Source: a virus
Lineage: Duplodnaviria > Caudoviricetes
Strand: one strand, 5' to 3'
IMG/VR virus record: IMGVR_UViG_3300032233_001500
Location: 12,767-76,766 of that record
DNA: 64,000 nucleotides
Shown: positions 48,701 to 56,623 of the stretch, piece after piece
How positions within the stretch are numbered: position 1 is the stretch's first letter
Layout: each line of letters starts with the position of its first letter
Notes under the pieces: model-generated
Seen by the model: the letters and a program-made list of their open reading frames with translations, nothing else
Told to the model about the DNA's origin: nothing
Database searches by the model: none
Translations under genes and position numbers: made by a program

Positions 48701-51700
48701 ACAATATATTGTGCAAGAAATCTTACATAATTATATGCGAACAGAGTTTGCTCACTTTCATTTGCAACATAAGATATTCCAGCATTCCAATAAGCTAGAC
48801 CGGCTTCGACTGATTTATCATTAGAATTATATTTAATGTCGTGCGATAGTGCATCCACAATATATCCAACGTCTCTTTTGCAAGTAGTTGCACTATATGT
48901 TGTGCTCAATCCAATAGTTGGGTAATTATATTCTACAAATGCAACTACTTCCTCTTTTATAAATTCTTTATTTAAATCAATCAAATTAGAAGCATCCAAA
49001 AATCTTCCGATTAAATTAGAATCGGAAGAACCAGTAAACTGATTACTAATATCATCAATATTTACTGTTTTATTTGTTTTATTTAAAACATATGAAAGTA
49101 GAGGAATCGAGCTATAAAGATATACTTTTTCGATAGAATCATCTGGCAATAACTCATCTTCATAAACTTCTGCAAAATTATTTCTAGTTAACATTGAATT
49201 TTCATTGTCAATATTAACAATAGTTGATGAACTATTTGCATTCAAATTAATTTTCATACTGGTAGATTTTCCACTACCGACTTCATTTTGAGATGGTTTG
49301 GAATAAATTATCAAATCCGAAAATTCTTTAAATCCAGATGGATGAATAATAGATCTTACAGATTCTCTCCAAGTATCATAAGGTATCTCGCCTTTAACTG
49401 AATATGCAAATTTTTGATAATAGAAGTTATCAGATAATCTTTGTTGGAAGTCATTTAAAATACCAACCGAATTGTCAAGTAATCCAATTTTATCTCTAGA
49501 AACTCCCAGAGTAGCATTTAAATTAAAAACATTAAGAAACTCAATGGTTCCTTTTATATTTGAACGTTCTCCAACTAAAATGTCACCAGTAGTAAGGATG
49601 CCAACAGAATCATTAACACGCAATAGATTCAAATTATTATCCCAACCATTTTCCATTACAAATGCACTAAATTTTTGATTTGTAGAGTAAACTTTCTCTT
49701 TAGATAAGTAACTTACATTGTCATTCAAAATCATTTCAAATGATGCAACATCATTTTTATTAACTACTGTCCCATAATTGAAAGTGGAGTCATATGTTCC
49801 AAATGTTGACGTGTTAATTCCAGATATATCGTATGTAACCGTATTGTTATACGCACTGATATCAACAACAGTAAAATAACTGTAATCATAGTCGGCAGAA
49901 TTGAAATTAAGATAATTATTGGAGATAGAATCTGATGTCAATCTACAATTTTCGATAAAAATTTTGTCTCCAACAGCAAAAGGAAAATTAAATGCTGTCA
50001 AACCAAATCCACTAGATATGAATTTATCTTCTACAAGTTCTAATATACAAGTGTTTGTAAGTAAATTTACTGTGATATTGAAAATTTCGTATCCATTTGA
50101 ATTTCTAGTTGGAAGTATTTCCAAAGGTCCACTTAAACCGGTTACATTTTTATCAACATTTACATTGACTACAGAACCACCAGAGATTGAACAGGACAAT
50201 TGAATTTCTGGATAATCTTTTACAACTAGTACTGGATTTGAATTATATCTATTACCACCAGTAATAATTCCAATATAATCTATAGTTCTTATATCTTTAA
50301 GTGCAATTATACCTGGAGTGGCGAGAGTGGGCGAAAGAGTTGGGTCAGTGGGATAATCAAATCCATCTTTTATTCGTTCTAAAGTTTTGACTTTTCCAAC
50401 ACTATTAGATAATACTTTTACAACAGCATTTTTACCTCTAACTGTTTCTATAGAAGTTACATAAGGTAATTTTGTATATCCTTTACCTGCATAATTAACT
50501 TTTAATCTTTTAATGCCCCCAAAAGCATTAAAAGATTTAGTAGAATACGTAAAGTTGGATAAAGATAAGTTATAAGTTTCATCATATGACAGGGATTTAT
50601 TATTTTGTATTGAAAATGTCGTATCGCCCAATACCGTAACTACATAAGTATCATTTAATGAATTTTGTTTAGTTGAAATTTTATTAGCACCAATAACTAA
50701 ATTATCGGAAGAAATTTGATTCTTTTCTGTTCCAACCAATCCTTTTGTTAATAAATTATAATAAAAACTAGTTGGAAGATGTGAATTGGAAAAATCTATA
50801 GTAACATATGCATTAGTATTACCCGGTAATATAGTCCCCCTATCTATTGCAAATCCATCATCAACAGTCCCTACTATCTCAATTCTCTTCGCAAAATTAT
50901 TGTCATAGAAAAATTCCAAATTCATATTCAATAAACTTGAATCTGAAAGATCAAAATTTACTATATTTCCTTGGAATATTTTTATGGGAGGATTTATGAA
51001 ATATAAACTTTGATTACTCCCACCAGTTGAAGTTAAATTAATGTAATTTGAAATTTTAATGTCAGAGTAATTGTTACACAATTTTATATACTTGTCACTA
51101 ATTTTTAATACATAATAAACTCCATAATTAGTTAATCCACCAATTGGATTACTAGAAATATAAACTACTTTATCACCCGTTTTTATTTCATAGAGATAAT
51201 TTGAAATATCGATCTGATCATTGCTCACCGAAACGTTAGAATTATTAAAAGAAATTTGATTCAAAAGTACTTTCCTATTAACAGAATCGTATATTACTTT
51301 TATTTGTTGAGTATCGTTTGTATTTACTTGTAGATCAATAGTATCATTACTTACCAATCCATGATTAGTTTTTGTAGTAAAAATTCCGACTGATTGTGAA
51401 ACTTTTCCGGTAATTTTTGCATTGGTTGTAACTAAAGAATGTGCATATCCAATTACTCCAAATGCTTCTGTCAAATTCCAAAACTCTAAAGAATTTAATT
51501 GAGTTCCTATTCCAGAACTTGTAGTAAATCCTAAAGTAGATAGTCCCACATAATCTTTACCCAAATTAACTGCATAGACATTTTGACCTTTTTGCAGTTT
51601 GAAGGAAACCCCAGATCCTACATTATTTACTACAAGAGAAGTTCCACCAATACCACAATCATAAATTAATGATTGACCAGTAAAGAATTTGTGATTGGGT

Positions 51701-54700
51701 ACATAAATGCTTCTTGTTGGGATAAATCTAATTTGTGTTGATGATGTACCGATGCCAGTAATTGTTCTAGTAACTCCGTCAGTACCGGTTCCAACAGTAC
51801 TTTTTGGATCAAAAAATGTTGTAGTATTTTCAAAAGTTACATCTTTAATTTGTTCATTTATTTTGAACTCAAATTTTGTTGGCAATAATATAACATTTTC
51901 AAGGCTACGGGTATGTGGTGAAGGATTTGAGAATCTATTAACATAAAGTCTAGAATTTTCTTCTGATACTCCAGTTACCAATAAAGTTTCAGTTGAAATA
52001 CCAATAAAATCATTTACTTCAAAACCAGTTATATCCTTAACAGTTATAAAAGTTGATACTCCAGTAATTGAAACAGATGGAATATCATTGGATAACTCTA
52101 CAGTTTTATTTTTAACAGAAATATATTGTATCCCTTCAAGAATAGAAGAAGTTATAGTAGAAATTCCAGATATTAAAACTGGTTGTTTATCTATTAATGA
52201 GTGTGGACTACTCGTTTTTGCCAATATAGTTGAATTTTTGGTAATAAAATTCACATCAGTAATATTACTACTCACAAGAGAATAATTTGTTATACCGACT
52301 CCAATAAGTTCCGATACTACTATATTTGCAGGACTTCCACCCGTGCCATCTCTATTGAGAATCATTCTGTCATTAATTTGATAATTTTCACCTGGAGAAA
52401 ATACAAATGTTTCTGGAGCTGAAGCAGTTTGCAATTCCGAAACTCTAAATTCTTGTTTGGAAGTATCCGATACTTTATCAATTAAGTCATATGAAGAACT
52501 TGAGGAATTTAAATAGTATGAACTTACATTCCTACTTAACTGACTTGAAAAAATATCCAGATCTTGATTAAATTTTGGAAGGAAATTCTCTGTAATTGGA
52601 ACATCTTTAAAATAATTACCAATAATGTACGGGAAAGCTGGTGTTGAATTATAATTTGAATCTACGGATATTGTATAAAAATAAGCATAAGTTCCATCAG
52701 GATATTGTGGAGTTACACAAAATCTTCCATTATATTCATCTAGATCTCCAGATGCATTGTAAATATAATCAGATATAAAATATCCCGCTTGTTGCAATTG
52801 TGGTCTAATAAGAGGATCGTTTTCCTTATTAATTACATAACTAGAAACCATTCTCTTAACACCACCAGTTCCATCCGAATTGGTATATCCATATGGACCA
52901 TAAATTGGATTTCCATCATAAGCAAACCCAAGAATGGGTGAGTGATTTGGTGTTCCAAAAGAATTTTCTAAATTATTATTTGTAAAATTATCTAATTTTT
53001 TATATCTTAATTTTTTGGGGATGTAGAAATTAGTAAACTGTAATTCCAGATTTGGATTTTTATTTGGGTATAAAACTCCATCGTCATCACTTGAAATAAT
53101 ATTTGATGATTTAACTACTTGATTTATACTCCAATTAGTTACGTTCGCTAAGAATTTAGCCCCAGTCCCGCGATTTGTTAAACTTAATGTTGTATTTGAA
53201 GATGCATATCCAACTCCACCATTAGAAACATTTATTGAAGTTAAAGATCCATCACTAGATACTGTTGGAATTATTTTTGCATAACTTCCAACTCCTTCAA
53301 TGGTTATGTCAGAATCTTGCCTGTATCCATTACCTTTATTGACAATTTTGACATCTACGATTGATCCATTAAGTACAATTGGTTTTAAAATTGCCTGAGA
53401 TGTAACACTAGAAATCCCAACATCAGGTCTTCTATGGAAATTAATTATATCAGCACACCCATACCCAGAACCAGAATTTTCCAAATAAACATCTGTAATT
53501 TTACCCAATATAACTGGGTCCAAAACAGGAGCAATTGCAGTAGTAGATCCAATAGAAATTGATTCTACACTAATTTGAATTGGTGGATAAGAAATTATAT
53601 GAGTTCCTACTCCAAGACTAGAAAATGAAACGTAATTTTTATTTAAATAATTTTGATTACTTATACTTGCACCAATACCTGCCGAAGATAATTTAAATTT
53701 ATTGGAATCAATTACTGTAATATAATAACTAGTAGATGTAGATAACCCAGAAATTGGTGCATTTGTTGTGGAGTAATTAACCAATTCTCCACTATTAAAT
53801 CCATGATTTATGGCAAAAAAGTAAGAATCAAAAGTGTTTATTCCAACAGTTTTATTATCTGCAGAAAGTACTGATGGAACTTTTATAACTCTATTTGAGT
53901 ATCCTTGTCCAGAATTTTTAACATATACTTCTGTAATTGTATTTTTATTTTTTAAACTTTCAAAATAATGAAATCCAGAAGAGATGAATGGGAAACTTAT
54001 AGCATTTGTTTGTGATATTGCATCCGAATTGGTTTTATATATTTTTACCAAATTTGTACTAGGATTTACAATACCAATAAAATAATGGGAACCATCTATC
54101 AATCCATCTATATTTGGGTTTTCATTTGCATTGTAGATTATTTCTTCATAGTTATTAAAAGAAATTCTATCTAAAAATTGTATGGTATTGTTTATAGTAT
54201 CTACATTTAATTGTGCATTAAATCCATTAGAAACTCTAGATTTTACAAAATTACTTTCTAAAACACATCCACTCCCATTTCCACCAGAAATAGTAATCTT
54301 GGGTTTCTCTGCATATCCAATTCCAGGGGAAATTACATTTATTTTTTTAACATCTCCAATAACAATTGGAAACACTTTTGCCCCAGAACCGGCATTATCA
54401 ATAATACTAATCGTTGGTCTATTAATAACATCATAACCATCGCCACTGTCAGTTACTTTAACTTCTGACAATTTTCCATAAAATACACTTTCATCAAAAA
54501 CAGTAGGAGATAGTATTTCTACGCCATTGACCAAAATTCCTATTGATTTATTAGCTGTAGTTCTTTGATTTAAATCATCAAATTCAGTATATTTTTTATT
54601 AAAGTTAAATTTCTTAAGGAGTTTTTGATTTTTTAATACTTTATTTTGATATCCATTTTTAATTACAGTAGCACTAGAAATGCCAGAAGATGATATTTGA

Positions 54701-56622
54701 ATATATTTCTTAGAAAAAATATCAGATTTACTAAAAGATAATGAAATATTATTTGGAGTTAAATTGGTAACGTAATATAATCCAGTGGATATCCCAGAAG
54801 TATCATTGGATGATGGAGAATAATAGACAGATTCTCCAGTTGTAAAAGTATGATTGGTGCAAGTAAATGCACTAGTTCCACCGATACCAGAAATATTTTG
54901 TTGATTATTAGTGGAAAATATGGTGTAATTTGGTAATCCGGTAGAGGTCACATAAAAATATTCTTCATTTGAATCAATATAAGTATTTTGAACTCCGCTT
55001 GGTATAGAACTTAATTGATTTAAATAATTTAAACCATTCAAATAATGATTTGCTTTATATATTTTCTTAACTACTTTTTTGGAAAATGTTGGGTCAAATG
55101 CGGAATCTAAAATTTGTACGTCAATACTATTGGAAAGTTGATTAGTTCCACCATTATAATTAATATTAACTACAGTGGCATTGAAAGTACTCCCAAGATT
55201 GTCTTCAATATATAAATTTTCCTGCAAATCAAAATATACGTAATCAAATAAGATTATTCTATATTTGTATAAACTAATTGAATTTATTTGAGATATATTA
55301 TGATTTGTTGGGATATTATAAATCCAACTATTAAATTCATTTTTATTACCCAAATCTTTGCCAAATCCGGATAATTTAATGGTGTCACCTACCACCATAT
55401 TAGAAGTGTTTGATGTATCAATGTCATTTATTACGTTCACAATTCTAAATCGTACTTCGGATGTATTTCCAGTCCCGATGTAACTATATGCAAATTTTTC
55501 TTCCTTTACATCTAATCCAAAATCCAATTCATTAGTTACCCCAGTAACTCCTAAAAATTGATTAACAGTTTTGTCAGTATATTGGATATGGATGAAATCT
55601 GAATTTTTTGGTTGAACAATAATTGTTCCAGATTCCGAAAACCCAACAGTAGAATCAACTAAAATGTTATTGGATCCAACTGAAACTGTTTCTAGAATTT
55701 TAGTTTTACCAGATACTTGAAAATTTCCAGTAAATGAAGTGGAGTCTAATGATATTTCATAAAATTCTTTTTGATTTATGGGTCTATATTCAACATTATA
55801 GATTGATGCACTTGCTGTACCAACTCCAGTAATATTTTGATATAAGAAATTACCTTTAATATTGGTAGCATCACCACCAGAGATTTTTTCTACAAGTATA
55901 TTTTTTGTGGTAAAGTATGAGTTGGAAGATGGTATTAATGAAAAATCTTGCGGTTTTATAATTTCAATATCTTTTCCATAAAGAATTTTGAATAATAACT
56001 TATAAGATTTATCAGTACCTTTAGATGAATAAAATGATCTAATACTAGTTAAAACATTTTCGATAGATACAGATTCATTAAAATCTCTTCCCTCAAAACC
56101 AGGTAAAAATTCTGATTTGAATTTATCAAAAAATTCTATTAAAAATAAATTACTTAAATTAGTTACTGTTGAACTAGATGTGTGTTCACTTGATGAAGAA
56201 GATGAAAAATTTAAGAATTTGGAATTATCAAGAGATTTAATAGAGTCAATGCCACTAAATCCCCTTAAACATCCAACAAAACTAGTATTTGTCTTGGATG
56301 TATATGTAATAATCTCATCATCTATTTTTAATAATCCATATTTCTCTGGCCAACTTTTAGTTGATGCAACATTAATTGTCGAATCAAAAGATAAAACATC
56401 GGATGTAAGAGTTGTCGAAGAATTTAAGTTATCGTTATTAAATTGTTCAATAGTTTTATATTTGTTTATATTATTTGCTAAGTCTAACGTGCCAGATTGA
56501 ACCTCCAAAGAGAGGTAATAACTCTTTAAGAATTGCACAAACAGAGGATATTCCTCATTAATGAATTCTGGAATTTGGGATTCAATAATAGAATCAATTT
56601 TAACTCTTTTGATCTCTGACAT
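42775..56622 (-). CDS. gp7: Giant baseplate wedge initiator protein (4615 aa) with multiple inserted domains
   Basis: Between gp6 and gp8; SQIPEFINEEYPLFVQFLKSYY, IRSFYSSKGTDKSYKLLFKILYG, HSPILGFAYDGNPIYGPYG, IIHPSGFKEF. Confidence 0.85.
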   Translation of the reverse strand: MSEIKRVKIDSIIESQIPEFINEEYPLFVQFLKSYYLSLEVQSGTLDLANNINKYKTIEQFNNDNLNSSTTLTSDVLSFDSTINVASTKSWPEKYGLLKIDDEIITYTSKTNTSFVGCLRGFSGIDSIKSLDNSKFLNFSSSSSSEHTSSSTVTNLSNLFLIEFFDKFKSEFLPGFEGRDFNESVSIENVLTSIRSFYSSKGTDKSYKLLFKILYGKDIEIIKPQDFSLIPSSNSYFTTKNILVEKISGGDATNIKGNFLYQNITGVGTASASIYNVEYRPINQKEFYEISLDSTSFTGNFQVSGKTKILETVSVGSNNILVDSTVGFSESGTIIVQPKNSDFIHIQYTDKTVNQFLGVTGVTNELDFGLDVKEEKFAYSYIGTGNTSEVRFRIVNVINDIDTSNTSNMVVGDTIKLSGFGKDLGNKNEFNSWIYNIPTNHNISQINSISLYKYRIILFDYVYFDLQENLYIEDNLGSTFNATVVNINYNGGTNQLSNSIDVQILDSAFDPTFSKKVVKKIYKANHYLNGLNYLNQLSSIPSGVQNTYIDSNEEYFYVTSTGLPNYTIFSTNNQQNISGIGGTSAFTCTNHTFTTGESVYYSPSSNDTSGISTGLYYVTNLTPNNISLSFSKSDIFSKKYIQISSSGISSATVIKNGYQNKVLKNQKLLKKFNFNKKYTEFDDLNQRTTANKSIGILVNGVEILSPTVFDESVFYGKLSEVKVTDSGDGYDVINRPTISIIDNAGSGAKVFPIVIGDVKKINVISPGIGYAEKPKITISGGNGSGCVLESNFVKSRVSNGFNAQLNVDTINNTIQFLDRISFNNYEEIIYNANENPNIDGLIDGSHYFIGIVNPSTNLVKIYKTNSDAISQTNAISFPFISSGFHYFESLKNKNTITEVYVKNSGQGYSNRVIKVPSVLSADNKTVGINTFDSYFFAINHGFNSGELVNYSTTNAPISGLSTSTSYYITVIDSNKFKLSSAGIGASISNQNYLNKNYVSFSSLGVGTHIISYPPIQISVESISIGSTTAIAPVLDPVILGKITDVYLENSGSGYGCADIINFHRRPDVGISSVTSQAILKPIVLNGSIVDVKIVNKGNGYRQDSDITIEGVGSYAKIIPTVSSDGSLTSINVSNGGVGYASSNTTLSLTNRGTGAKFLANVTNWSINQVVKSSNIISSDDDGVLYPNKNPNLELQFTNFYIPKKLRYKKLDNFTNNNLENSFGTPNHSPILGFAYDGNPIYGPYGYTNSDGTGGVKRMVSSYVINKENDPLIRPQLQQAGYFISDYIYNASGDLDEYNGRFCVTPQYPDGTYAYFYTISVDSNYNSTPAFPYIIGNYFKDVPITENFLPKFNQDLDIFSSQLSRNVSSYYLNSSSSSYDLIDKVSDTSKQEFRVSELQTASAPETFVFSPGENYQINDRMILNRDGTGGSPANIVVSELIGVGITNYSLVSSNITDVNFITKNSTILAKTSSPHSLIDKQPVLISGISTITSSILEGIQYISVKNKTVELSNDIPSVSITGVSTFITVKDITGFEVNDFIGISTETLLVTGVSEENSRLYVNRFSNPSPHTRSLENVILLPTKFEFKINEQIKDVTFENTTTFFDPKSTVGTGTDGVTRTITGIGTSSTQIRFIPTRSIYVPNHKFFTGQSLIYDCGIGGTSLVVNNVGSGVSFKLQKGQNVYAVNLGKDYVGLSTLGFTTSSGIGTQLNSLEFWNLTEAFGVIGYAHSLVTTNAKITGKVSQSVGIFTTKTNHGLVSNDTIDLQVNTNDTQQIKVIYDSVNRKVLLNQISFNNSNVSVSNDQIDISNYLYEIKTGDKVVYISSNPIGGLTNYGVYYVLKISDKYIKLCNNYSDIKISNYINLTSTGGSNQSLYFINPPIKIFQGNIVNFDLSDSSLLNMNLEFFYDNNFAKRIEIVGTVDDGFAIDRGTILPGNTNAYVTIDFSNSHLPTSFYYNLLTKGLVGTEKNQISSDNLVIGANKISTKQNSLNDTYVVTVLGDTTFSIQNNKSLSYDETYNLSLSNFTYSTKSFNAFGGIKRLKVNYAGKGYTKLPYVTSIETVRGKNAVVKVLSNSVGKVKTLERIKDGFDYPTDPTLSPTLATPGIIALKDIRTIDYIGIITGGNRYNSNPVLVVKDYPEIQLSCSISGGSVVNVNVDKNVTGLSGPLEILPTRNSNGYEIFNITVNLLTNTCILELVEDKFISSGFGLTAFNFPFAVGDKIFIENCRLTSDSISNNYLNFNSADYDYSYFTVVDISAYNNTVTYDISGINTSTFGTYDSTFNYGTVVNKNDVASFEMILNDNVSYLSKEKVYSTNQKFSAFVMENGWDNNLNLLRVNDSVGILTTGDILVGERSNIKGTIEFLNVFNLNATLGVSRDKIGLLDNSVGILNDFQQRLSDNFYYQKFAYSVKGEIPYDTWRESVRSIIHPSGFKEFSDLIIYSKPSQNEVGSGKSTSMKINLNANSSSTIVNIDNENSMLTRNNFAEVYEDELLPDDSIEKVYLYSSIPLLSYVLNKTNKTVNIDDISNQFTGSSDSNLIGRFLDASNLIDLNKEFIKEEVVAFVEYNYPTIGLSTTYSATTCKRDVGYIVDALSHDIKYNSNDKSVEAGLAYWNAGISYVANESEQTLFAYNYVRFLAQYIVNNQTPPTLYQTSVSQQFNLSLIQDPLNINLYRYKDARNLIVANRREILDKSLASVAIGFSDFYFPGDLQTNSRSRYYDAYRLIQQNKTEIINTSWSNTVGVYTGISTTQSKCKRDLGYFIDAVSTDIFTGGNNYSRQFVLQYFNNGVPISNGLVGEETQSIYAFTQARNLMKLAITNNLTIKDLTVSVGPSTYAGGGGNIANTNTSACTDVQNTISTLVGIVTSVISVGSTTGLPSVNVGTYTTGGNKCYRDLGYIVDSIAEDVAFGSNQHIIYATKKYFTGAGVALTSGLVGEELQSVYAFKSARDYINQALTNQLNVKDLTIVPDPITGFNTSPSSCSNVQTNVSNLVGILTTAILTGSLSAIPTESYGTTDCADVRTSISNYVGIITTIIGLGTSYAPIITYPSLSEGGIVVGLSTFKLTNKGTSLFKHTFDASSSSKIDIINNKFTIPNHNYQTGQELIYNYGNGSPIGIATTSYVTGITSTLISVSNYKGTAIFENGYSVSISTSITGISTTLSPVGPSFKLYPSVNGTNGVGIATFNVLISYSITTGQPISTSIVLLNGGSNFAVGDTVSIAGTYLGGTNPTNTLSFKVSSTAPTQIPSQANGSYSNVPESGSGGAIFNISRDSNGFISDVSVVTGGSGYATTSVVSISGTYIGGSSPTDTIKVSPLELGTKILPTSLFVYKLNDNEFKVSGLSTSIFLPLSGLGTGYHSFEYKNSNASTLISIDGIIQSPLYRKSLNVSLASSVSSASTTIINISSGISSLRSNDIINIDNEYLTVKTIGISSSNAVEVDRGSLGTLAGTHIVSSSCTVMGGNYNILGDVIYFTTPPYGPIGPVGMETSSSFSGRVFSRQLNASQPLDKNIILDDISLAFTGTASTEFTLFSNGSTTQTLYNGVNSPTEINNNPIILINNILQVPGSDYIIEGSAQNIIKFISGAPKGGKISKVSVNTGFGYQPLIGAAATVTVSAAGTISNITLIGSGFGYGSIPSINVISPIGSGASITAIVGTSGTITGLTIVNPGSGYTTTSVPDVVIGIPTSYSNIGVSYTGASGVGQGAKISVSVGQGSSVIGFYIDDPGTGYKSGDTLYAPGITTNPSVGAAFSTFTLTVQEVETDKFSGFYLGQFLIFENISNQFDGGKRKFDLNVNIDGVIQPLGLKTLDGSDLDISNNFIIFVNDILQVPNYAYSIQGTRIVFTEAPKPNSSCTILYYRGSSLDVVLVDPPQLIKVGDEIVIGKNITNVYDTDQLGRVIKNLTTADSFKTFPYSSVGINTDNTDIRPLSYKKQTNDKVINGVLYSKERPTLKSTIKPTATLIKPVTPTDIQVYVDNAYPIFTDVDGLGEDLCEILITENKDIDGAYGLSVVSSASTVYNPIITYPGVGYAYTSSPKIVFSKSYIKRKDPIYNWQYSNGIPTTYQINAISYSNLFVGVGNSSALVTSIDGQNWISSSLGYGSTINFNAITSVGLGTTSMLVSVGSSAFVTKSTGYSSTISSWSQIPLYEEIILPGLGPIGKNLTSYNGTLTDVAYGNSYDTFVTVGTGGSIFAGMGIGTDYFRSRYSQTLNDLNSVDFSSTQTSGYFVAVGKYGTVLTSSNGLIWDIEQSFTGSDLNKVVYVNNKFIIVGNSGVVAISSSKSTYTLITTNVSVNFTTIDYTDGLYVAITSTGDLYYSFDLSNWIYRSTNQLNLIKDVISLPSLGYDGTYVFVGYGGTCVLSTPVYHQATGTAFVSGGIVTSIVMTDGGFGYDQNSPPPFIIEQDVFKKETIKSIKAKGDFGTIIGVTTFVTGTPGIGTTTPKIEFVLKSEYYDNGLGIGYSSLNSFGVLYPQMQVGDYFIIKDSNVAVGHALTGITTTLGGMSNYPNSKVGTAVSFIDGVYKVESVTSGNAVLGIVTVTCNFAPKSSTENYVQVYARGSNNTGINTSGFYGRYSWGVIYDYQNRSLGIPQSFSVYNDGGLSGITTSPKVIRTKGLLSN

Positions 56623-56623
56623 T

